64,000 nucleotides of DNA from Tubiluchus corallicola (taxonomy: Eukaryota; Animalia; Priapulida): contig JAQGDQ010000796.1 of the NCBI GenBank assembly GCA_030141605.1, positions 30,884-94,883 of the forward strand. The letters run 5' to 3'. Under the pieces are notes generated by a model. It was not told where the DNA came from. It made no database searches and worked only from the letters and a program-made list of their open reading frames with translations. Below are positions 52,776 through 64,000 of this stretch, in pieces (positions within the stretch are counted from its first letter, which is position 1; every line of letters starts with the position of its first letter). The position numbers and the translations under genes are program-made.

Positions 52776-53690
52776 TGATGATGATGTTCGTCCTTGGAAT
52801 CGAAGATGACCATAGTCCACTTCTTCCCAGCTTTTCCCTATGAGGGGTCCCCGTTGTGAATGAGTCTTCTCCACACATTCCTGTTGTTGACCATCTCTTC
52901 ATTTATGTCTTCCCTTCCCACATGATCTTCACCGACTCTTCTTTTCAGGTGTCCGTACCATCGCAATCTTGCGAGGCTTCCACTACTTTTACTGTTCCTC
53001 TGATATTATTATTTCTAATTTTATCTCTTTTTGTTATTCCCACCATCCATCTCAACATCCTCATCTCCACCACATCCATTTTCTTTAGGTCTTCTTTAGA
53101 GAAACTGCTTCCAGCCCATAGATTAGAGTGGGTCTGACCACTTCTTTGTGGACTTTCCCTTTAAGTCTCACCGACTCATTCATAGAAGGTTTCGGCGCAG
53201 TTTTTACAGGCAGATGCCCTTCCTCACCCTAACCCTCCCTATTTATCCAGGCTTGGGACCGGGACTGAGTTGGGCTGGCTTCCCCCCCCCACAGTGGCTA
53301 GGTTCGAAGATGACCATAGTAACAGGGATAAAGGGTCAGTTTAGGGGGTTGTCATTCCTTTGATGAGCTCCAAGGTGACTGACTAGGCCAATTCTGGCCT
53401 GGAAACTTCTTTGGCACTTGGCACAGGTGAGGCTGGGTGTTTGGAACTGTTGTTGGGCAGTGTCACATGCCTTGCGTCTCCTTCGCTTCTCCCCTGCCTC
53501 CTCAATTCTTTTCGCCTCTGCTGTCTTAGCCCCTGTGGTGACGGCACTCCGCCATGCTGAGAGATCTTGTGCAAGGGTTTCCATTGAGCGGATATCCATG
53601 CTGAGCTCCTGGAGTGAGGCCTACAAGGCTGTCTTTGAAGCGTTTCTTTGGTCGTCCAAACTTTCTCTTTCCAGACACAAGTTCTCCTTA
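52776..53690 (-). mobile_element. RTE LINE 3' end interrupted by a nested RTE-derived element (52817-53303)
   Basis: C-terminal TCAKCQRSFQARIGLVSHLGAH; 17-bp duplication TCGAAGATGACCATAGT at 52800-52816 and 53304-53320; (ATC)n tail. Confidence 0.82.
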
Positions 53691-53982
53691 GAGCACAGTC
53701 CTTGATGCCCAAATGAAAATGTTGTTCCATAATCTGGCTTCTTTGTGACTTTGAACCTGTGGAAATAAAAAAGGAAAACTTAACTGGTTGGCTTCGCACA
53801 CTTACAGTTTACAATCTTAGAACGGCTGGTATATTTCACATATGCGCATTATTCACAAGATTATTAATATTAATATTATTATTATTATCTGACAATGTTT
53901 ACTCGTATATAAATTATTTAGCCCCAATTACATTATTGAGTAATGCAAACTCAAATCAAATTTTGCTTTTAAATGGTTTCAG

Positions 53983-54120
53983 AGTGCGTCAACTCGCACC
54001 CGTTTCTAGAAGACGCTGACCAGTATTGTAACGACTGGGCTACCGATGGTTTTTGTTGGTGGGATCAAGACTTCATGAATAGGTGGTGCCGAAAAGCTTG
54101 CAAAGTTTGCATTGATTATG
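53983..54120 (+). CDS. Astacin-ShKT exon (C-terminal ShKT 1)
   Basis: ECVNSHPFLEDADQYCNDWATDGFCWWDQDFMNRWCRKACKVCIDY |GTGAGA. Confidence 0.88.
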
Positions 54121-56020
54121 GTGAGAAGTTTGCATTGACTATGGTGAGAAGTTTGCATTGATTATGGTGAGAAGTTTGCATTGATTATGGTGAGAAGTTT
54201 GCATTGATTATGGTGAGAAGTTTGCTTTGATTCTGGTGAGAAGTTTGAATTGATTGTGGTGAGAAGTTTGCATTGATTATGGTGAGAAGTTTGCATTGAT
54301 TATGGTGAGAAGTTTGCATTGATTATGGTGAGAAGTTTGCATTGACTATGGTGAGAAGTTTGCATTGACTATGGTGAGAAGTTTGCATTGACTATGGTGA
54401 GAAGTTTGCATTGATTATGGTGAGAAGTTTGCATTGATTATGGTGAGAAGTTTGCATTGATTATGGTGAGAAGTTTGCATTGATTATGGTGAGAAGTTTG
54501 CATTGATTATGGTGAGAAGTTTGCATTGATTATGGTGAGAAGTTTGCATTGACTATGGTGAGAAGTTTGCATTGACTATGGTGAGAAGTTTGCATTGACT
54601 ATGGTGAGAAGTTTGCATTGATTATGGTGAGAAGTTTGCATTGACTATGGTGAGAAGTTTGCATTGACTATGGTGAGAAGTTTGCATTGACTATGGTGAG
54701 AAATTTGCATTGATTATGGTGAGAAGTTTGCATTGATTATGCTGAGAAGTTTGCATTGACTATGGTGAGACGTTTGCATTGATTATGGTGAGAAGTTTGC
54801 ATTGATTATGGTGAGAAGTTTGCATTGACTATGGTGAGAAGCTTGCATTGATTATGGTGAGAAGTTTGCATTGATTATGGCGAGAAGTTTGCATTGACTA
54901 TGGTGAGAAGTTTGAATTGATTATGGTGAGAAGTTTGCATTGACTATGGTGAGAAGTTTGCATTGATTATGGTGAGAATTAAGTTTGCATTGACTATGGT
55001 GAGAAGTTTGCATTGACTATGGTGAGAAGTTTGCATTGATTATGGTGAGAAGTTTGCATTGATTATGCTGAGAAGTTTGCATTGATTATGGTGAGAAGTT
55101 TGCATTGACTATGGTGAGAAGTTTGCCTTGACTATGGTGAGAAGTTTGAACTGATTATGGTGAGAAGTTTGCATTGATTATGGTGAGAAGTTTGCATTGA
55201 TTATGGTGAGAAGTTTGCATTGCTTATGGTGAGAAGTTTGCATCGATTATGGTGAGAAGTTTGCATCGATTATGGTGAGAAGTTTGCATTGATTATGGTG
55301 AGAAGTTTGCATTGATTATGGTGAGAAGTTTGCATTGACTATGGTGAGAAGTTTGCCTTGACTATGGTGAGAAGTTTGAACTGATTATGGCGAGAAGTTT
55401 GCATGGACTATGGTGAGAAGTTTGCATTGATTATGGTGAGAAGTTTGCATTGATTATGGTGAGAAGTTTGCATTGATTATGGTGAGAAGTTTGCATGGAC
55501 TATGGTGAGAAGTTTGCATTGATTATGGTGAGAAGTTTGCATTGATTATGGTGAGAAGTTTGCATTGATTATGGTGAGAAGTTTGCATGGACTATGGTGA
55601 GAAGTTTGCATCGATTATGGTGAGAAGTTTGCATCGATTATGGTGAGAAGTTTGCATTGATTATGGTGAGAAGTTTGCATTGATTATGGTAAGAAGTTTG
55701 CATTGATTATGGTGTGAAGTTTGCCTTGACTATGGTGAGAAGTTTGAACTGATTATGGCGAGAAGTTTGCATGGACTATGGTGAGAAGTTTGCATTGATT
55801 ATGGTGAGAAGTTTGCATTGATTATGGTGAGAAGTTTGCATTGATTATGGTGAGAAGTTTGCATGGACTATGGTGAGAAGTTTGCATTGATTATGGTGAG
55901 AAGTTTGAATTGATTGTGGTGAGAAGTTTGCATTGATTATGGTGAGAAGTTTGCATTGACTATGGTGAGAAGTTTGCATTGATTATGGTGAGAAGTTTGC
56001 ATTGATTATGGTGAGAAGTT
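54103..56020. repeat. 23-bp minisatellite, about 83 copies, derived from the exon/intron junction
   Basis: Unit AAGTTTGCATTGATTATGGTGAG. Confidence 0.97.
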
Positions 56021-56602
56021 AGACAAATGTTTTTCTATGAATTGCTCGGTGCAACCCGAAACAATGAAACAATGAAGCAACGAAACAATGAAACAATGAA
56101 ACAATGAAACAATGAAACAATGAAACAATGAAACAATGAAACAATAAAACAATGAAACAAGGCACAAGGATGTTTTCATGTTCAAAATTCGCCGGTTTTT
56201 TTATCAATGTTTCGGGATTTCTCCCGTCTTTTCTCCCAGGATCGTTAACGTTACCAAAAAAGCGGGAAATTTTTGTCGCACATTTCTTTTGCGATTCTTA
56301 ATTCAAAGTGTTACTATAATAATTTGACATGTGCTGCCAAATTGAAGCGAGTCAAGTTTAATCCAAGTTGTGGCCTTGATTAGTGTTGCTCAGTCACCTG
56401 TGCTTGCTGGGCTTCCCATATATGGTAGTGTTGATTGCTGGTGTGTTTTACTAGCCAATCAGGTAACCTCAGCGGGTGCACATGACTTGTGTAGCTCTGC
56501 CAAGGCCAGCTGGGCCTTTTCTTCTTCTTGAGCATTGCTGTTGAATGGTCACCATGTGTCTTCTGTCCTGTAAATAATAGTATAACGTGTAAATAGAAAT
56601 AA

Positions 56603-57417
56603 AGTCTTTCACAGTTCAACACAATTTCATATTCTTTGTTTCAACCACCAGAGTGAGCCAGTCTACAACAGTCTACACTAACTTCAGTCTCTCACAGGTC
56701 AATACAATTTCATATTCTTTGTTTCAACCACCAGAGTGAACCAGTCTACACTAACTTCAGTCTCTCACAGTTCAACACAATTTCATATTCTTTGTTTCAA
56801 CCACCAGAGTGAGCCAGTCTACAACAGTCTACACTAACTTCAGTCTCTCACAGGTCAATACAATTTCATATTCTTTGTTTCAACCACCAGAGTGAACCAG
56901 TCTACACTAACTTCAGTCTCTCACAGTTCAACACAATTTCATATTCTTTGTTTCAACCACCAGAGTGAACCAGTCTACAACAGTCTACACTAACTTCAGT
57001 CTCTCACAGTTCAACACAATTTCATATTCTTTGTTTCAACCACCAGAGTGAACCAGTCTACAACAGTCTACACTAACTTCAGTCTTTCACAGTTCAACAC
57101 AATTTCATATTCTTTGTTTCAACCACCAGAGTGAACCAGTCTACAACAGTCTACATTAACTTCAGTCTTTCACAGTTCAACACAATTTCATATTCTTTGT
57201 TTCAACCACCAGAGCGAGCCAATCTACAACAGTCTACACTAACTTCAGTCTTTTACAGTTCAACACAATTTCATATTCTTTGATTCAACAACCAGAGTGA
57301 ACCAGCCTACAACAGTTTACACTAACTTCAGTCTTTTACAGTTCAACACAATTTCATATTCTTTGTTTCAACCACCAGAGTGAACCAGTCTACAACTGTC
57401 TACACTAACTTCAGTCT
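56603..57417. repeat. 83/73-bp tandem repeat, about 10 copies
   Basis: Unit ...CACAGTTCAACACAATTTCATATTCTTTGTTTCAACCACCAGAGTGAACCAGTCTACAACAGTCTACACTAACTT. Confidence 0.95.
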
Positions 57418-57636
57418 AATATACCTCAAGCTCTCTACAAATTCAATCCTTCCATGCTGTCATTAAAGTTTCTACAATTTTATCGCTACGAATTTGAAAC
57501 ATGAATTCATTACCTTGACTAGCCATAATGTGAATAATTATAGTGTGCTTTAAAATTCCCATTTCTTCCCCTTTGAGAGAGCGTAAAAAGGTTGCTTTTC
57601 ATTTACATTCTTTATCTTTTCTTTTACATCTCATAG

Positions 57637-57782
57637 CATCGCCGGACAGTTTTTTGTCTGTGGAGGAAGCAGCAAGACGTTGTATGGACACCAGCATTTA
57701 CTGTCCAGTCTGGGCAATGCGAGGAGAATGCAAAAAGGCACAGATGAATCGTCTGTGTAAAAAGTCGTGTGGAAAGTGTTAA
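57637..57782 (+). CDS. Astacin-ShKT final exon (ShKT 2 and stop); spliced protein 347 aa, or 388 aa with the cassette exon
   Basis: Polypyrimidine CATAG| ASPDSF...CMDTSIYCPVWAMRGECKKAQMNRLCKKSCGKC*; all exon phases are compatible (1044 nt). Confidence 0.88.
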
Positions 57783-58268
57783 CTTCTGCCCTATCCAGAA
57801 GCGATGTTGCCATAGAAACGAAATTTAGTGATAATAAGCCTTTTCACAGTTTCAGCAATCGATGATGATCGTGAGAAGGTCAAAGGTTAAGTGTACCAGA
57901 CAACGCCACGCGGCCCATACTATTGGAAAAGTACTTAAGAAAAGTGCATCATTTAATATTGAAAAAGGTAGATAAACACTATGTGGAACATTCGTGCATT
58001 ATTTAACATTAAAAAAGGTAGATAAACACTATGTGGAACATTCGTGCATTTTTGATTACATGTATAAATCTGTATAATGAACAAATATTTTGTGTGGCTT
58101 TTGCTGTATGTTTGCTTGTTTATCTTAGTGTTAAATTTTTTTAATAAAAAAAATTGGACAAATAAATCAGAGGATTGTTTGGCTTTGACAGAGATCTGCT
58201 TGTTCGTACGGAGAGCATCCTAATTTTATTATAGAAATCATTTGCATCAAAGTAACATATGTGTCATT

Positions 58269-58892
58269 TCTTCCTGTGCCATTTTTCCTGTGCCATTTTT
58301 ACCTGTGCCATTTTTTCCTGTGCCACTTTTTCCTGTGCCATTTTTACCTGTGTCACTTTTCCCTGTGCCATTTTTACCTGTGCCATTTTTCCTGTGCCAT
58401 TTTTACCTGTGCCATTTTTTCCTGTGCCATTTTTACCTGTGCCATTTTTTCTTGTGTCATTTTACCTGTGCCATTTTTACCTGTGTCACTTTTCCCTGTG
58501 CCATTTTTACCTGTGCCATTTTTACCTGTGCCATTTTTTCCTGTGCCACTTTTTCCTGTGCCATTTTTACCTGTGTCACTTTTTCCTGTGCCATTTTTAC
58601 CTGTGCCATTTTTCCTGTGCCATTTTTACCTGTGTCTTTTTTACCTGTGCTATTTTTCCTGTGCCATTTTTCCTGTGCCATTTTTACCTGTGCCATTTTT
58701 TCCTGTGCCACTTTTTCCTGTGCCATTTTTACCTGTGTCACTTTTCCCTGTGCCATTTTTACCTGTGCCATTTTTCCTGTGCCATTTTTACCTGTGCCAT
58801 TTTTCCTGTGCCATTTTTACCTGTGCCATTTTTTCTTGTGTCATTTTACCTGTGCCATTTTTCCTATGCCATTTTACCTGTGCCATTTTACC
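58269..58892. repeat. 15-16-bp tandem repeat (CCTGTGCCATTTTTA)
   Basis: Directly visible; reverse-complement relative at about 25545-25690. Confidence 0.95.
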
Positions 58893-58928
58893 ACATACAC
58901 GATAAGCTCCAAAATTTAATAATGAGTA

Positions 58929-59456
58929 CAGTGGACTCTCGTTACAAGAATCACACGTATAAGAATCAGCTCGATATAAGAATCAAAATCGCGTTTCCCG
59001 AATTGAATCTGCATTTTCCTAGTGAAAATCCGCTCGTATAAGAATCACCCTTCTTTCGATAGTAGAATCAATTTTGGCACCAACTCCATTGTCTCTCATT
59101 CCCTGCTTACATGGTTCTGCGCAGTGGGCATGGCGGACACCACAGAGATTTCAAATTTGTTTGTTTTCTGACAAAAATTATGTGCATTAAAAAAATTTTA
59201 AGGCAATTCTGGCATCATGAAATATTTACCCAAGCATGAAATAAAAACATTAGTCTAGGAATTTTTAGGTCCTTTTTAGGCCAGAAAAACATTATGCTGT
59301 TTCATGTCGTTTCTTGCGTAATTTCGGGAAATAAATAATTTTTACGTGCATCAAAATTTTTTAAAGCAATTCTGGGTCATGCTCGTTATAAGAATCGCTC
59401 GTTATAAGAATCACTTTGCCTTCTCCCGAGGTGATTCTTATAACGAGAGTCCACTG
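58929..59456. mobile_element. Tc1/mariner-pogo (Tigger-like) MITE
   Basis: TA|CAGTGGACTCTCGTTA...TAACGAGAGTCCACTG|TA. Confidence 0.88.
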
Positions 59457-60091
59457 TACTGCTTTCAAAAAAAAATTATGCTGTCACAGAGTATTTTATA
59501 CTGTACTGGGACTGGATAGCCTACGCTCCATTGTTCCACATTGTTGTTCTGTAATGCCCATTTCAGGCAGGGGTGGTCGTGTGTACGGTGGCCATGCAAT
59601 AAGCATACGAATGCAGTGAATCAAGTGCTGTTAATCATTTTACCATTATCACAATTATTAAAGTGAAAACTATATACATGTAATTATGCTTAATGTACAA
59701 AATTGCAGTGAAAATGAGTGTTTTTATTTGGTCTCTCCCCCACTGCCTCCACGGGTCCCCAGACTCACGCTTAAGCTTTGTGTCTCAAATTATATAAAAC
59801 AAAATTTGTTGAAAGATTTTGGAAAAGGACATTTGAGTGAAAAACCAATCGGATTTCGAGAAAAATAACATTTTCAAGGGTACGTATAATGTATATTATA
59901 GCACTCGATGTAATTTGATTTGAATTAATAAGCTGTTTTCTGTTTATGTTGACTCAAAATAATTTGGCAAAATGCCAGGCTTGTTTGTCCAGGGAAGACA
60001 TGCGGCACGTGCGCCCTGGAGAAGCAGAAAATTATAAATGGACTTTTACTAGTCGGATGTACATTTGTATAAACCATGAAGGAGTAGCAGC

Positions 60092-60506
60092 AGTAAAATA
60101 ATTCGTTGTATTGGTTGTGTGAAGCTGATTACTGGTGTTTTAGGGATGGCAAAACTATGAAGAGTCTGATTATAAAACTACACGTTTATTAAACATCAAA
60201 CACAATAAATATAACAGATAGTAATGCCAAGCCCCTGACCTAGCTTACTCTCCTTCAGCTCCCAGACTCAATCCCCTGAACTGGGCGCATCACAAGGCTT
60301 ATATATCGTGCACCGAGCTTCAACGCTTCGGTTCTGATTCACTTGATCACATGACACTACTCCTTAATTGGCTTCATGCCAGCATTCATCAACATCTAAC
60401 GCTTTTAATTATCAATTATCTATCAATTATCAATTATCAATTATCAACTATCAATTATCTATCATAATCTAACGCTTTTAACATAGTTTAACTGGTCCTC
60501 TTTACT
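60092..60506 (-). mobile_element. Second copy of the AGT...ACT LTR-like element
   Basis: High similarity to 16120-16484, with a TATCAAT expansion. Confidence 0.75.
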
Positions 60507-60650
60507 CTTTTACTAGTGAACAAGTAGCAGCTTATTGTCTTTTTCTCCAAACAGAATTCATGTAAACGGAACATGTTTGACTTACGTAACTACTAAAGTC
60601 ACTGTAAAGGTCCATTTTCACACGAATAATTGAATTTGTTACTTGTATCC

Positions 60651-61123
60651 TTTTGTTGGCATCGTAGAAGACAATGGAATGTACGCCAAGAGAGTCCGAT
60701 CCTTGAACGTCTCCAGGGTGCACGCCAGGGCAAGATGTATGGAGATCCTGAGTTGCCCAGACAACCGGAATTCCCTCTCTTCCTCCCTGGTGTAGTCCAA
60801 AGGAAAGCGGAGCGATACGTTTGGCACCAGGTTGGCTGCAGGAGCAGCCGGAGTCAGTGAGCATGCTGCACTGGTCCGTCTTCGGGGCTCCACTCCTGAT
60901 TTGGAAGGTTTACTCCTCTACACATGGCCGTTGGGTCTACTTGACCTCCTCCGCCCTCTAGCCATTGGCTGCTTATACAGCCGCTCTGCCTAGGGCATCC
61001 CGCAAGCCTACAGCACCTGGTATTCCTAAGTGGTCACCCATCCAAGCACTAACCAGGCTCTACATTGCTTAACTTCGGTGATCAGACGAGAACCGGTGTT
61101 TTCAACGTGATTTGGCCGTAGTC
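60651..61123 (-). mobile_element. 5S rRNA-headed SINE (SINE3-like) with an RTE-like body
   Basis: 5S head runs without a poly-T terminator into a ~350-bp body ending ...GATGCCAAC; part of the body is also present at 22090. Confidence 0.72.
61004..61123 (-). rRNA. 5S rRNA-like sequence (probably a SINE head or pseudogene)
   Basis: Minus strand GACTACGGCCAAATCACGTTGAAAACACCGGTTCTCGTCTGATCACCGAAGTTAAGCAA...GGATGGGTGACC...GGAATACCAGGTGCTGTAGGCTT, 120 nt, with several substitutions relative to typical animal 5S. Confidence 0.6.
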
Positions 61124-61751
61124 ATGTAAGCTTATAATCTTTTAAATTGTGTTAATGTTATTAACGATACGTGTAGCTCCACACATGAGTGAAGGACTCG
61201 AAAGCTGGGCTCCTCCGTTCTCCCCACAGCTTCATTGCTTTTGAATATTATGGATTAAGATGTTTTATATTCTGAAAGTAAGTGATGTGTTGTGAAAATA
61301 AACAATCTAATCTAATCTAAGTCCAAACCCAAACGGTTTTGTGATACCGCCCACGCAGATAAATCCTTATGGGGAAACAGGGCGTATTTACCATTAGGCT
61401 AAAACAGGCCTTACCTACGGGGCGCCAGATTTTAAGACTCAGGTGTTAAAAAATTCTTATTCTGTCAGGAAAACGCTTTCATATTCATATAACGCCCGTA
61501 TTTTATAGTACACAACAAGCAGTTATTACTAGCACCTTTATATAAGCGCTTCATATCAAAAACGTATAATTATAAAAAAAAATATCACGCGACAGGCAGT
61601 TGGGCCGATTGCTTCTATATCAGCATTACTTTCATATGCAAAGTGACTAATAATCATCCCGGCAGTACTAGGTAATAATATTACTAATACACCACAAGTA
61701 ATTGTGTAACTGCATATAAGCAAACAGTAACCTATAAAGGAAAAAGATGTA

Positions 61752-62179
61752 CCGTATATACTCGCATATAAGCCTACATCGCATATAAGCCGACCCCCTA
61801 AAACTGCTTTAAAATGGCCAGTTTTTGCAAAAACCCGTATATAAGCCGACCATCAACTTGTCTAATTTTACTCCATACCCAATCAACAAAATTGATCCCT
61901 TTTTGTCACATTTTGTTAATTGGGTATTTTTGGTTCATAGAAATCTTTTACTATAAAGATGTAAAATGCTTACTTTTATGTTACATACTAGAAGAAATTA
62001 TACATTGGGTGACACACAACCAAATAAAGAGTCAGATAGCGATGAAAATGTGTGGCTGGAAAATTGGCATTAGTGTCTGTCCTTGTGTTCATTTTGTTTC
62101 ATGCGCATATAAGCCGACCCCCTGATTTCAGTATTGTATTTTATAGTTCTAAATTCGGCTTATATGCGAGTATATACGG
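61752..62179. mobile_element. Tc2/pogo-like MITE
   Basis: TA|CCGTATATACTCGCATATAAGCC...GGCTTATATGCGAGTATATACGG|TA. Confidence 0.88.
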
Positions 62180-62319
62180 TATTTATCCATTCAAAACATT
62201 TGTTTGTGATTATTTAATCTTATTTCTTCAATGCTTCTGTCACTTTCTTTATTTTTGGCATTTTTTTGCTTCAAGGCCAGCATTTTGAAGCATGTAAGTG
62301 TTTCAACGTTTAATTTCAG

Positions 62320-62404
62320 ATGATGTGGATTTTTCTTTTCCTAATTGCATTGTCAAGAGGGGAGCTACCAGATGAATTCGACACAGACGAGGAAGAACTT
62401 CCAG
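62320..62404 (+). CDS. Signal-peptide exon of a tandem astacin paralog (the rest is probably beyond the window)
   Basis: TTTCAG| MMWIFLFLIALSRGELPDEF... CAG|GTAATC; same 85-nt length and phase as 44295-44379. Confidence 0.72.
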
Positions 62405-62966
62405 GTAATCATCATCACGTGTTGATATTAAAATCTGCCATGAATTATTTACAGACCTGCCAAGAAAATTTTATGTAAAGATGAGTGTGAAACGTAGTAA
62501 CTCTGGGGTTACTCCTAAAATTTCACCCCTATCTACTTATCTCACCCCTATAATTTCTATCTAGTAGAAATACACAAAAACTGAACGCGCCTTTCGGTTT
62601 TATATATATAACTGAACTGATTATTAACAGATGGCGCAACAATATAAAAAATGCGGTAAATATATCTATGGCCTGTTTTGGCCAAATACATAGCAGCTGA
62701 GATCCTGCGGGCGATTTATGCCCCGGACAGTTTTGCATTTTTGGGTGTCAAAGCCAAATGTATCAAGAAATTAAGGCCAAATGAATGGGTTTGGGTTCTA
62801 CTAAGCTTGTGCTGTTATTGCAGCTCACCATACTACATGTAAATGTAAGTTCTTTTGTATATGTATATGATAAAAACTCAGTTGTATCTAAAAGTACTTT
62901 TCGATAATAGTAGCAATCTTTAGTACATGGACACCGCTGGACTCATGAACTGTATTGTTGACGCTG

Positions 62967-64000
<1,034 letters not shown>

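Noticed and set aside
61004-61123. Functional 5S rDNA gene
   Set aside because: Single copy, several substitutions, no poly-T terminator, fused to a retroelement body

Overview
AT-rich, repeat-dense genomic DNA from an invertebrate animal (spliceosomal introns, microsatellites, DNA transposons, LINEs, solo LTRs); nothing prokaryotic and no CRISPR. Most ORF-track entries are translations of repeats. The genes I can reconstruct are: (1) a tandem cluster of three divergent LRR-like secreted or surface genes at 8.7-19.7 kb (an intronless 3-module gene with a GPI-like tail, a 2-exon single-module secreted gene, and a LINE-disrupted pseudogene), each with an RFX X-box-like motif upstream; (2) a C2H2 zinc-finger gene with 8 fingers on the minus strand at 34-35.3 kb; (3) a multi-exon astacin (M12A) metalloprotease with C-terminal ShKT domains at 44.3-57.8 kb, plus the first coding exon of a tandem paralog at 62.3 kb. 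The astacin locus is unusual: a symmetric ShKT exon lies inside the catalytic domain, the Met-turn Met is Val, one real splice donor is amplified about 83 times as a 23-bp satellite, and another intron holds a long inverted repeat full of consensus donor sites. A 5S rRNA-headed, RTE-bodied SINE3-like element lies at 60.6-61.1 kb. All exon models and family calls were made by eye, with no database search.
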